Notes under the pieces: generated by a model
What the model was told of the DNA's origin: nothing
What the model saw: the letters and a program-made list of their open reading frames with translations, nothing else
The model's database searches: none
Origin: Acidimicrobiales bacterium
GTDB lineage: Bacteria > Actinomycetota > Acidimicrobiia > Acidimicrobiales > Aldehydirespiratoraceae
Assembly: GCA_965116865.1 (NCBI GenBank)
Contig: OZ220727.1
Coordinates: 2,372,798 to 2,436,797 of the forward strand
Reading direction: 5' to 3'
Length of the DNA stretch: 64,000 bases
Program-made: the position numbers and the translations under genes
Shown: positions 1 through 8,436 of the stretch, one piece after another
Layout of the letters: every line of letters begins with the position of its first letter
How positions within the stretch are numbered: the first letter of the stretch is position 1

Positions 1-239
1 AGGGTCAGGGCCGGTGCGGCCTCCGCAAGACGGGCGGTGGTGTAGGCCGCGATCCCGAAGGGCAAGAGTTGGCCCAGCGAGAGGATCCCCGCGTGGCCCC
101 AGACCAGGTCGAGGCTCACCGCCAGCACGGCGAGGCTCAGGAATAGCGACAGCTGCCCGGCCCGGAAGTCCCCCAGGGTGACGCTGGCCACCGCGACGGC
201 CACCGCCGCAGTCGCGCCGTAGCCGAGCGGCCGCTTCAC
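1..239 (-). CDS. ABC transporter permease, LivM-like (N-terminal part; gene runs off the window)
   Basis: The minus-strand frame starts with GTG at 239-237, overlapping the livH stop (GTGA). It reads KRPLGYGATAAVAVAVASV...LDLVWGHAGILSLGQLLPFGIAAY, typical of a LivM permease N-terminus. It is absent from the ORF track because it is truncated. Confidence 0.6.
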   Translation of the reverse strand, partial: MKRPLGYGATAAVAVAVASVTLGDFRAGQLSLFLSLAVLAVSLDLVWGHAGILSLGQLLPFGIAAYTTARLAEAAPALT

Positions 240-1090
240 GCCACCGCCCCCGCCGGTGCGGGACGCCGGAACTGAAGGACCAGCACCGCCAGTGCCAGGG
301 ACGCGATCTGGGCCCACACCGCGTCGTAGAAGTGGATGACGCCCGTCTGGACCGCGGCCACGACCAGCGCGCCCGCTGCCACGCCCCAGAGCCGATTGTA
401 GCCCCCGACGATCACCACCAGGAAGGCGCCCGGGAGATAGGCGAGGCCGGTCTGCGGCTCGACGGCACCGAGCGGCGCCACCAGCGCTCCCGCTATCCCC
501 GCGGTGGCAGCACCGACACCGAACGCGCACAGATTGGTCACTCCGGTACGGATGCCCGCCGATTCGGCCAGGTCGCGATCGGCGACGATGGCCCGCACCA
601 CCAGACCGAAACGGGACCGGGTGAACGCCAGCAGGGTGACCGCCACGACCATGGCTGCGATCGCGATGAGCAGGTAGCGGTACGTGGGGAACAGGACGCC
701 GAAGGCCCTGGTGGCGCCCGGCACCGGGTTGGGGACGCTCTGGAAGTCTTTGCTGAACACCAGCTCCGCGATCTGCCGCAGGCACACCGACAGCCCGAAC
801 GTGGCCAGGATCGTCAACTCGGGTTGGCGATGGATGCGCCTGATCAGGCCCACCTCGATCACCACGCCCAACACGAACAGAACGACCGCGGCCAGCGGCA
901 CGCTCAGCCAGTGGTTGAGGCCGACGGTATGCACGACGTAGGCCACGTAGGCGCCGAGCATTACGAACTCGCCGTGGGCCAGGTTGATCACGCCCATGAG
1001 GCCGAAGACGATTCCGAGTCCGAGCGCGACGATGGCGAGGATCGCGAAGAGGCTGACGCCGTTGAGCAGTTGGAGTGTCAGCGCGTCCAA
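236..1090 (-). CDS. livH: Branched-chain amino acid-type ABC transporter permease (LivH family)
   Basis: A 284-aa polytopic membrane protein. The N-terminus LLNGVSLFAILAIVALGLGIVFGLMGVINLAHGEFVMLGAY is the LivH signature. It lies downstream of a solute-binding protein gene. Confidence 0.9.
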   Translation of the reverse strand: MDALTLQLLNGVSLFAILAIVALGLGIVFGLMGVINLAHGEFVMLGAYVAYVVHTVGLNHWLSVPLAAVVLFVLGVVIEVGLIRRIHRQPELTILATFGLSVCLRQIAELVFSKDFQSVPNPVPGATRAFGVLFPTYRYLLIAIAAMVVAVTLLAFTRSRFGLVVRAIVADRDLAESAGIRTGVTNLCAFGVGAATAGIAGALVAPLGAVEPQTGLAYLPGAFLVVIVGGYNRLWGVAAGALVVAAVQTGVIHFYDAVWAQIASLALAVLVLQFRRPAPAGAVA

Positions 1091-1188
1091 GTGCTCTCGC
1101 TCCGGTGTCTGGGGCGCTCAGGGTCTGAGTCGGTGCGGGCGCTGGAAGGACCAGTAGCCGGCCGACGGGGCTGGCAGCCCTGGAGTCT

Positions 1189-1232
1189 GAGTCGGTGCGG
1201 GCGCTGGAAGGACACTGCGCCCGCACCGACTC
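1189..1232. promoter_or_regulatory. Perfect 16-bp-stem hairpin in the SBP-livH intercistronic gap
   Basis: GAGTCGGTGCGGGCGC, a 12-nt loop, then GCGCCCGCACCGACTC. The left arm is also part of a 61-bp direct duplication (about 1124-1150 and 1185-1211). Confidence 0.5.
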
Positions 1233-1262
1233 TGTCAACCGGCTGGGAAGGGCCTGCTGGGG

Positions 1263-2651
1263 TCAGGCCGGGTTGCAGGTCTCGTCGGGCTCCACCGAGG
1301 GGAACGACTGCACGATCAACTGCGAGCCGTCGGCCTGGATCTCAGCCACGTAGATGGGCTGGGTCAGATGACGGCTGCCGGTGATCGCAATCTCGCCGGT
1401 CGGGGTGGTCAGCGACAGGCCCTCCATGGCGGCCGCCACCGCGGCGGTGTCTGTGGTTCCGGCCGCGTTGGCCGCGGCCGCGTACAGCAGCGCGGCGTCG
1501 TAGATGTGGGAGCTGAACGTCATGTGGGGCGGCGCATCGGCTCCGAAGCGCTCCAAGTATCGGCTGACGAACTCATTGTTGAGGGCGCTGTCCACTTCCT
1601 TGAAGTAGCCCAGCGTGACCCGCATACCTGCGGTTACCGCCGGACCCATGGCCCCCAGCACGTTCTCCTCGTAGATGTTGGCGAGACGCGGGATGGCGTC
1701 CTGGCCGATGCCGAAGTCCACCGCCTGGGTCTCGAAGGCGATGGCATCGCCGCCGACGAGCGCGGGGAAGATCAGGTCGGCGCCCGATCCCGCGATGATC
1801 TGGGCCACCGACGAGAAGTCCTGGGTGCCCAGCGGGACGTACTCCTCGCCGACCACCTCGCCGCCGGCGGCCTCGATGTACTGCCGGGCCAGCTCGAAAC
1901 TGCGGCGGGGCCACACGTAGTCGTTGCCCAGCAGGAACCAGGTCTGACCGCCCGTCTGCTCCATCATCCACGGGATCACCGGCGCCAGCTGCTGGCTGGG
2001 CACCTCGCCGGTGTTGAACATCACCGACGAGCACTCGCCGCCCTCGTACAGGGCCGTATAGATGTAGAGCACATCGGCGTCCTCCGCGAGGGGCTTGGCG
2101 GCCTGGCGTGTGGCGCTGGAATGCGTGCCGAGGACCACGTCGACGCTGTCGGAGTCGATCAGTTGCTCCATGGCCTGCCGGCCGACGGCCGGATCGGTGG
2201 CGTCGTCGGCCAGGTAGGTCTCAACAGGCCGGCCGTTGATGCCTCCAGCCGCGTTGATGTCCTCCTCGATGAACTCCGCGATGTTGGCTGTCGGGGGCCC
2301 GAACAAGCCCGCCGGTCCGCTGTTGGAGAACAGGATCCCGATGCGCACCGGCTCTCCCGAGGGCTCGGCCTGCTCCAGCGGCTCCGGCTCGGCGGGCGCC
2401 TCGGTGCTCTCAGGCTCAGGCGCCTCGGTCGTCTCCGGCTCATCGGGCGCCTCGGTGGTCTCAGGCTCGGGCATCTCCTCCGAGTCGTCCGGTTCGGCGA
2501 CGTCCGTGTCGGCCGCGGCCGGCTCAGAAGGAGTAGCCGGGGTCGCCTCGTCGTCATCCCCGCAGGCCGCGGCGATCAGAGCAAGGAGCGCGACGAACGC
2601 GGCCACAAACCACAAGCGAGACCGCGAGCGGGAGTCCGATACTGTTCTCAT
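1263..2651 (-). CDS. ABC transporter substrate-binding lipoprotein (LivJ/AmiC-type PBP1) with an acidic Pro/Glu-rich linker
   Basis: Has a signal peptide plus lipobox (LIAAACGDDDE), then a PE/TEAPE low-complexity tether and a type-1 periplasmic binding fold (IGILFSNSGPAG...LGNDYVWPRR). An AGGAGGG Shine-Dalgarno (SD) sequence precedes the ATG. Confidence 0.85.
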   Translation of the reverse strand: MRTVSDSRSRSRLWFVAAFVALLALIAAACGDDDEATPATPSEPAAADTDVAEPDDSEEMPEPETTEAPDEPETTEAPEPESTEAPAEPEPLEQAEPSGEPVRIGILFSNSGPAGLFGPPTANIAEFIEEDINAAGGINGRPVETYLADDATDPAVGRQAMEQLIDSDSVDVVLGTHSSATRQAAKPLAEDADVLYIYTALYEGGECSSVMFNTGEVPSQQLAPVIPWMMEQTGGQTWFLLGNDYVWPRRSFELARQYIEAAGGEVVGEEYVPLGTQDFSSVAQIIAGSGADLIFPALVGGDAIAFETQAVDFGIGQDAIPRLANIYEENVLGAMGPAVTAGMRVTLGYFKEVDSALNNEFVSRYLERFGADAPPHMTFSSHIYDAALLYAAAANAAGTTDTAAVAAAMEGLSLTTPTGEIAITGSRHLTQPIYVAEIQADGSQLIVQSFPSVEPDETCNPA

Positions 2652-2665
2652 GACAAAGCCCTCCT

Positions 2666-2686
2666 ATATGTGAGCAGTTATTGACA
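2666..2686. promoter_or_regulatory. Operator-like motif ATATGTGAGCAGTTATTGACA, directly upstream of the SBP SD
   Basis: A quasi-palindrome (ATATGT..ACATAT) sitting 15 nt from the SBP start. It is 18/21 identical to a motif upstream of arsR (5672-5692). Confidence 0.35.
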
Positions 2687-2866
2687 TATTGTCGGATAGG
2701 AGGGGCGCTGTCAAGTCCCGGAGGGTCGCTGCCAGACAGGAACTCGCCTTCAAGCAAGGCAAGATGCTCGAACCGCTAGGGAGACAGGGCAAGTGCTGAA
2801 CTGCGGTTCGGACGCTTACGCGGCAACGGGGCGCGACGATGACTGTCACACCCCCGTAGCATCCTT

Positions 2867-3151
2867 GTGACAACATCTGTTGGAAAAAATGGCGTTGACT
2901 CTCGAGTTATCGCGCCGAGTTATCGCGCCGAACCGGGCAAGGTGACAGCAATGGGCGACAGCTACTCCGACATCGAGATCGAGGTTCTGGACGACGTTGG
3001 CGTCCGCGAGGCCATCGACAACGCCCTCGCGCTAGCCGGGTGTAGCTGGGAGGAGTTGCAGGAGCAGGCGAGAGTCGGGCGATTCTCAACTGAAATCGCT
3101 CGGAGGACCTGGTTCGTGGTGTCGTCCCTTGTCGAACCGTCGGCGGCCTGA
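2867..3151 (+). CDS. Small hypothetical protein (the true start is probably ATG 2951, giving 66 aa)
   Basis: ORF track only. The acidic N-terminus is MGDSYSDIEIEVLDD, preceded by AAGGTGA. It overlaps the next ORF by 23 nt. No family recognised. Confidence 0.35.
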   Translation: MTTSVGKNGVDSRVIAPSYRAEPGKVTAMGDSYSDIEIEVLDDVGVREAIDNALALAGCSWEELQEQARVGRFSTEIARRTWFVVSSLVEPSAA

Positions 3152-3815
3152 CCTTCAACGTCAGGCCCGGGAGTTCGCAGGCGAGATCTCCACGGCTCTG
3201 AACGGCACCGTCACTGACGGTGTCCGCCTCTCGATCTTCATGAACGCGAGTGGTCGAGCTGTGATCGGCTACAGAGCCAGCAAGAAGAGGCCGCTGGGCG
3301 AGCCCATCACGCTCACAACCTCGCGCGCGCCGGGACAGCTGTGCCTGGACGTGCTGCACCCCCTCGATCTGAACGAATCCGGCCAATTTCTGACCACCAA
3401 CAAGAGCACCTACACCCTCAAGGAGATCGGCACAGGCGAACCAATCGTGACCTACGACTACACGAGGGACCCGCCGAACGAGTACCCCGCGGCCCACTTT
3501 CACCTTCACGGCGAGTCCGACGTCATCCGGGGCATGCTGCAACGCTGTGAGCGCGGGTCCGACAAGCCCTCCGACCTTCACTTCCCAGTGGGCGGGCGAA
3601 GGTTCCGTCCGAGTCTGGAAGACCTGATCGAGTTCTGCGTCCTCGAACGTCTGGTGACACCCCGCGGAGGTTGGCAAGAGGCGTTGGACCAGTCGAGAGA
3701 GCGCTATCGAGAACGCCAACTACAGGCTGCCGTTCGCCGCTATCAGACTCAGGCTGCTGAAGTCCTCGAGCGCGAGGGCTGGAAGGTGTCAAAGCCCGTC
3801 GAATCGAACTCGTAA
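3129..3815 (+). CDS. Hypothetical protein (contains AHFHLHGES)
   Basis: A 228-aa ORF overlapping the preceding small ORF. No family recognised by eye. GC is slightly lower than in the flanks. Confidence 0.4.
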   Translation: MSNRRRPDLQRQAREFAGEISTALNGTVTDGVRLSIFMNASGRAVIGYRASKKRPLGEPITLTTSRAPGQLCLDVLHPLDLNESGQFLTTNKSTYTLKEIGTGEPIVTYDYTRDPPNEYPAAHFHLHGESDVIRGMLQRCERGSDKPSDLHFPVGGRRFRPSLEDLIEFCVLERLVTPRGGWQEALDQSRERYRERQLQAAVRRYQTQAAEVLEREGWKVSKPVESNS

Positions 3816-3839
3816 CGCCGTCGAGTTCGGTGAGACGAA

Positions 3840-5279
3840 CTAGGAGGCTCGGGTGGCGGCGGGGAGTTCGTCCAGGACCCGTACGCCGGAACGGGTCGCT
3901 TCGCCCAGCAGCAGCGACTTGAGGGAGCCGCCCCGGGCGCAGCGCCGGGGACCGTCGAACCTGGATCTGCGCAGGCCGCTCAACAGTGCGGTCGGCTCCA
4001 CGCCCCCGCCGGCCCGGCAGGAGCGGGCCCAGGTGTGGATCGCTTCGTACACGCCCTCCGCGGCGGCCGAGACCGGTGGGGAGCACGACCCGAACCGGTC
4101 CGAGTAGCGCCGGAGGAACTCGCGGTTCTCCGAGGTGTCGAGCGCGACGAAGTAGCCCAGCGCATTCCAGGTGCCCTCACCGGACTCGCCGAGATGCTCG
4201 ACCACGGCGTCGTCCATGAGCGGGGCGAACGTCCGGATGCTGTCTCTGAGGCCGTATGCCGCGAAGTCGCGCTGGAAGCCGACATGGTCCTGGCCGACGA
4301 AGCTCGACACCACATGGTCGGCGCCGCTCCGCTGGATGGCGGCCAGCAGCGGTTCGAAGTTCTGCGATCCCAGCGGCAGGTAGCCCTCCCCGGCGACGTG
4401 GCCGTCCATGCGCTCGATGACGGCCCTCGCCGTCGCGCCGACCGCTCGGGGCCACGAGTAGTCGTTGCCGGCCAGGAACCAGCGCGACCCGCCCGTCTGT
4501 GCAGCCATGCGCGGCAGGGCCCGGTGGAGCTGGTCCATCGGCGTCTCGCCGAAACGGACGAGCAGCGGATGTTCTGCGGTCGGCTCACTCGTCGGCGTGT
4601 AGAGGTAGGGGATGCCCTCCGCTAGCGCCATGGGGGCGGTGACCGCGTAAGTGGCCGAGGAGTGCATCCCGATCACGGCGGCCAGACCCGGTGTGCGGGA
4701 CAGGCGGCGCATGGCGATCGCGCCCACGCCCGGGTCGGTGGCGTCATCGGCCACGACCAGCCTGACGGCCCGGCCCATCACACCACCGTCGGCGTTGATC
4801 TCCTCGACCGCGAGCTGCGCGCAGTTCGCAGTGGAGCGGCCCAGGATCCCCGCTGGGCCCGACAGGGAGATCAGGAGTCCCAGGGGCACCTCCCACCATC
4901 CCGTCTCGTAGCCGCCGAGCAGCCCCAACTCGGCGCCGAGGCGAGCCACCTCGAGGTGATCGATCGTCACACGGACCCGCAGCCGCGTGCCTCCGCTGTC
5001 CAACGGGTCGAAGCGGCAGACGACGCGGCCCGCCCAGGGTGTCTCGTGCATCAGGTCGATACGGCGGTTCGGCTGGCACGAGAGCACCCGGGCCGTGCCC
5101 GGCGACCGGGCCAGGCCGCCGAGGGGAAGCGCCAAGCGGACCAGCGCGCCGGGTGTGAGCAGGGGCGCCTCCGACCCGAACAGCCACCCGACGGCCCCGT
5201 CGCCCTGTCCGAAGAGTGCGAACAGCTCGCTGGGGCACGCCTCCAGCCGCAGTTCGTTGTTCAGGACGAGCTCACCCAT
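3840..5279 (-). CDS. Cytoplasmic fusion protein: SRPBCC/AHSA1-like domain joined to an AmiC/LivK-type ligand-binding (PBP1) domain
   Basis: The N-terminal ~120 aa look START/Aha1-like (the usual partner of ArsR regulators). The rest parallels the SBP at 1263-2651 (LAGNDYSWPRA, GMHSSATY, ADDATDPGVG). There is no signal peptide or lipobox. It lies 8 nt downstream of arsR. Confidence 0.7.
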   Translation of the reverse strand: MGELVLNNELRLEACPSELFALFGQGDGAVGWLFGSEAPLLTPGALVRLALPLGGLARSPGTARVLSCQPNRRIDLMHETPWAGRVVCRFDPLDSGGTRLRVRVTIDHLEVARLGAELGLLGGYETGWWEVPLGLLISLSGPAGILGRSTANCAQLAVEEINADGGVMGRAVRLVVADDATDPGVGAIAMRRLSRTPGLAAVIGMHSSATYAVTAPMALAEGIPYLYTPTSEPTAEHPLLVRFGETPMDQLHRALPRMAAQTGGSRWFLAGNDYSWPRAVGATARAVIERMDGHVAGEGYLPLGSQNFEPLLAAIQRSGADHVVSSFVGQDHVGFQRDFAAYGLRDSIRTFAPLMDDAVVEHLGESGEGTWNALGYFVALDTSENREFLRRYSDRFGSCSPPVSAAAEGVYEAIHTWARSCRAGGGVEPTALLSGLRRSRFDGPRRCARGGSLKSLLLGEATRSGVRVLDELPAATRAS

Positions 5280-5289
5280 GGGACCGCGG

Positions 5290-5652
5290 CTAGGCGCTGC
5301 GCTCTTCGACCCGGCCGACCGGGACGTCCTCCGATGCAGAGGCGTCCTGCACGGCCGACGCGAGCTGCTCCAAGGAGTTCTGGTACACGGAGGTCAGGAA
5401 GGCCACCACCGCGTCGGCCGGGGTGGAGGTGACCGAGTAGTGCCGGAACCGGCCGTCGCGCCGTTCCGCCACGAGCCCGGCCAAACGCAGGATTCGCAGG
5501 TGCGACGAGACCGCGGTGCGTCCCAGCGAATCGAAGTGCGCCGCAATCTCGCCTGCGGTCAATTCCTCGTGCTCGCCGATCAGGCTGAGGATGGCCCTTC
5601 GGGTGGGATCGGCAAGAGTTGAGAAGATGGCGTCACTGTCGGAGGGGGCCAT
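5290..5652 (-). CDS. ArsR/SmtB family transcriptional regulator
   Basis: LADPTRRAILSLIGEHEELTAGEIAAHFDSLGRTAVSSHLRILRLAGLV is the canonical ArsR wHTH. An AGGAGG SD is present. Confidence 0.9.
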   Translation of the reverse strand: MAPSDSDAIFSTLADPTRRAILSLIGEHEELTAGEIAAHFDSLGRTAVSSHLRILRLAGLVAERRDGRFRHYSVTSTPADAVVAFLTSVYQNSLEQLASAVQDASASEDVPVGRVEERSA

Positions 5653-5671
5653 CGCGCCTCCTGTGTCTGTT

Positions 5672-5692
5672 TGTCAATATTTGCGCACATAT
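5672..5692. promoter_or_regulatory. Operator-like motif TGTCAATATTTGCGCACATAT in the arsR/trpG divergent gap
   Basis: Matches 18/21 positions of the reverse complement of the motif at 2666-2686. Sits 20 nt upstream of the arsR start. Confidence 0.35.
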
Positions 5693-5759
5693 GATGCCAC
5701 ACCCGGCGGTCGTCTGTCCCTTCTAGGCGAGGTGGCACCCGACCGGTAGCGTTCCTCCG

Positions 5760-6338
5760 GTGGGACGCCGGATCGTCGTGGTCGACAACTACGACTCGTT
5801 CGTCTACATCCTGGTCCAGTACCTGGGAGAGCTCGGATCTGAGCCGCTGGTGTACCGACACGACGCGGTCACGGCCACCGAGGTCCGCGACCTCAACCCC
5901 GACGGGATCCTGATCAGTCCCGGGCCGGGCACACCCGACGACGCGGGCGTCAGCAACGACCTGCTGGCCACGCTGAGCGGCGAGGTGCCCATCCTCGGGG
6001 TGTGCCTGGGGATGCAGTGCATCGGCCAGGCGTTCGGGGGGACCGTGATCCGGGCTCCGGAGGTGATGCACGGCAAGACGTCGGTCATCGAACACGGCTC
6101 CTCAGGGGTGTTCGAGGGTCTGCCCAACCCCTTCACCGCAACCCGTTACCACTCGTTGATCGTCGAGCGGGCGTCGATCCCTTCCGTCTTGGAGGTCACC
6201 GCCACCTGCGATCAGGGCCTGGTGATGGGTCTGCGCCATCGGCACCACCCGACCGAGGGGGTGCAGTTCCATCCCGAGTCGGTGCTCACCGACGCGGGCC
6301 GGGACCTGCTCGACAACTTCCTGGCCCGCTGCCGCTAG
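5760..6338 (+). CDS. trpG: Anthranilate/aminodeoxychorismate synthase component II (class-I glutamine amidotransferase)
   Basis: VVDNYDSFVYILVQYLGELG, GPGTPDDAG, LGVCLGMQ, and HPTEGVQFHPES. Confidence 0.9.
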   Translation: MGRRIVVVDNYDSFVYILVQYLGELGSEPLVYRHDAVTATEVRDLNPDGILISPGPGTPDDAGVSNDLLATLSGEVPILGVCLGMQCIGQAFGGTVIRAPEVMHGKTSVIEHGSSGVFEGLPNPFTATRYHSLIVERASIPSVLEVTATCDQGLVMGLRHRHHPTEGVQFHPESVLTDAGRDLLDNFLARCR

Positions 6339-6403
6339 CGGAAATCAGGACGCGGCGGCAGCGTCTTCTTCGCCTTGGCCGGCGCCGGTCTGGTCGAGGC
6401 CTG

Positions 6404-6610
6404 ACGATCGGCGCCAAGGTCAACGACGAGCGGTCCCGGGAGCTTCTCGACACGGGCGCGTCGCGCATCGCCACCGCCTGCCCGTTCTGCTGCATCATGA
6501 TGGACGACGGGGTGCGGGCGGCCGGCGTGGAGGAGGACGAGGTTCAGGTCGCCGACATCGCCGTACACGTCCTGCAGGCAGTCGAAGCCCGCGACGCGGA
6601 CCGCGGCTAG
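6404..6610 (+). pseudogene. C-terminal fragment of a (Fe-S)-binding CCG-domain oxidoreductase (GlcF/LutA/HdrD-like)
   Basis: The tail of ORF 6002-6610 reads GAKVNDERSRELLDTGASRIATACPFCCIMMDDGVRAAG. Only about 65 aa of the family is present and there is no N-terminal part. Confidence 0.45.
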
Positions 6611-6661
6611 TGTCCCGGCCTGGCCGGCGCCTGCGCCGCCCTCCGGCCTCGCGCGATCCGG

Positions 6662-8389
6662 CTACTGGTAGACCGGTTCCATCGCGGCGTACCGGTCGGC
6701 AGGCTGGAAGATTCTGATGTAGTCGAGATGCATGTTGGTGACCGGGTCATCCGAGGACGGGGTACTGAAGCCCCACGCCCGAATCCTTACGTCCGCGGGC
6801 ATGTGGCTGACGCCGACTTTCTCCAGCCGCGACGACTCGTCGCCGGGGCGAAACAACTCGAAGAACCTGTCACGCCCCTCACCGGTGACGGTCCTCACGC
6901 CATCGAAACCCGTCACAACGCCGTTGGAGAGACGAGCACCAGGACTTTCCTGTATCTCTGTCTTCGCATGCGGATAGAGAGTGAAGTCGCTGTGCCAGCC
7001 GTCCACCTTCACATGGGTCTGAAAGCCTCGTGGAGTCCACTCGACACCCTTCGTCACTGTGACCTTGCCGTCTATGCCATCTTCACAGCTGGGATGAGTC
7101 CCCCCGATGCTGTAGGTGGGGAGATTCGATCTGCAATAGTAGACCTGCTTGTTGCTGCGCAGCGGAAGGCTCTCAGCGTTCTTGAAGGTAGTGAACCAGT
7201 TGAAGTACTGATGCCAAATGTCCCTGCGGGAGGATGCCACGTACTCGACGAAGTCCAGCTCGATCTCTGCGTACTTCAGGCTCTTCTCCTTACTCGTGAA
7301 GTTCAAGCCGTAGCGGTCGAACATGTATCGAGTCTCCATGGTTCCGCCCCCGTAAATCGCATAGTTCTTGTAACTGACATTGGGCGGCAGATTGACGGTG
7401 TACTTGAGTTCCAGGTACCCGTACTTGAAGGCCGTCTTGCCGAAAGTGTTTAACCCCGCTCCACAGACTGAGGTCCTAGAGATGCGATAGTGCCCGTCCT
7501 CCACGTTCTCGCAAGGCGCCTCGTACTGGCACGGATCTCCCTTGAAGCTCCAGAGGTCGACGCTCAACGTGAGGAAACCGTCCTGACACTCCTCGGAGTC
7601 GGCTGCGTTCTGGTTGCCGTTGAACTCCTCGGCGAACACCAGACTGTAGTTCTCTTTGTCCTGCACCAGCTTCGGCAGGGCGGCGCGCAGTTCCTGACTG
7701 GTCTCGGGCGCGTCGGCCGGGAGCAACTCCCCCAAGAACATGCAGACGTACCTGTCCTCGTTCATCTCGGGATAGTCGCCGCAGTCCGGCCTCCGACGAG
7801 GCGAAGCGACTCTGGACTGCTTGTAGATCTTCTGACCTGAACCGTCCTCAGCCTCCGCCGACAGTTCCGCCACCCAGGCGGGAACATCGTTGAGATAGGC
7901 AACCCAGCCGCCCCAGCCGGGGTCGTACAGATACAGCTCGCCGGTGTCCTCGACCACCCTCAACTCCACATCGAGACAATCCGACTCCGAATAGCAAGGC
8001 TCCCGAAACGGATGGCCCGCGGCATCCTCCACCGCGAACAGCACACCCGAAACCTCGTCGTTCTCGTCCATCACAACGGCCCTGTCCAAGTACAGATCGT
8101 CGCGCGCCGCGCCGTAATTCTTGTCGGCAAACTTCCCCCATACCCGGATCCTGGGCCGCATCGGGTACTCGTCCTCAACAAACCGCAAAGCCGGCAGCTG
8201 CCGGTCGACGACACCCCGCGGACCCTCGTAAGCGGACGGTCCGACGTCGGCAACCGCGGCCCCCGCCCCGTCTGGATCGAAAGCCGCGGCCGACGCACCC
8301 GAAGCCGTCAAAGCCACGACGCAGGCGAGCACCGCCCAACAGCGAAACTTGAGGCGCCTAGGCGGTGTCATTCCCGCCGAGGGGTTCAT
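6662..8389 (-). CDS. Secreted GH16/ConA-like glucanase-fold protein
   Basis: Signal peptide RRLKFRCWAVLACVVALTASGASAAA. GH16-like blocks LVFAEEFNG, FKYGYLELKYTVNLP, EIELDFVEY (ExDxxE) and MHLDYIRIFQ. The start is taken at ATG 8389 (see the uORF feature). GC is lower than in the neighbours. Confidence 0.6.
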   Translation of the reverse strand: MNPSAGMTPPRRLKFRCWAVLACVVALTASGASAAAFDPDGAGAAVADVGPSAYEGPRGVVDRQLPALRFVEDEYPMRPRIRVWGKFADKNYGAARDDLYLDRAVVMDENDEVSGVLFAVEDAAGHPFREPCYSESDCLDVELRVVEDTGELYLYDPGWGGWVAYLNDVPAWVAELSAEAEDGSGQKIYKQSRVASPRRRPDCGDYPEMNEDRYVCMFLGELLPADAPETSQELRAALPKLVQDKENYSLVFAEEFNGNQNAADSEECQDGFLTLSVDLWSFKGDPCQYEAPCENVEDGHYRISRTSVCGAGLNTFGKTAFKYGYLELKYTVNLPPNVSYKNYAIYGGGTMETRYMFDRYGLNFTSKEKSLKYAEIELDFVEYVASSRRDIWHQYFNWFTTFKNAESLPLRSNKQVYYCRSNLPTYSIGGTHPSCEDGIDGKVTVTKGVEWTPRGFQTHVKVDGWHSDFTLYPHAKTEIQESPGARLSNGVVTGFDGVRTVTGEGRDRFFELFRPGDESSRLEKVGVSHMPADVRIRAWGFSTPSSDDPVTNMHLDYIRIFQPADRYAAMEPVYQ

Positions 8390-8436
8390 CCCGATACCGC
8401 CCAGCAGCGAAACTTGAGGCGCCTGGGCGGTGTCAT
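8386..8436 (-). other. 16-codon uORF (MTPPRRLKFRCWAVSG) created by a 65-bp junction duplication
   Basis: Its ATG overlaps the pknB stop (ATGA) and its TGA overlaps ATG 8389 of the GH16-like gene (ATGA). Its first 13 residues copy the signal-peptide start at 8371. Confidence 0.3.

Noticed and set aside
332-2684. Plus-strand ORFs of 350 and 438 aa.
   Set aside because: They are antisense to livH and the SBP gene, with Arg/Gly/His-rich nonsense composition.
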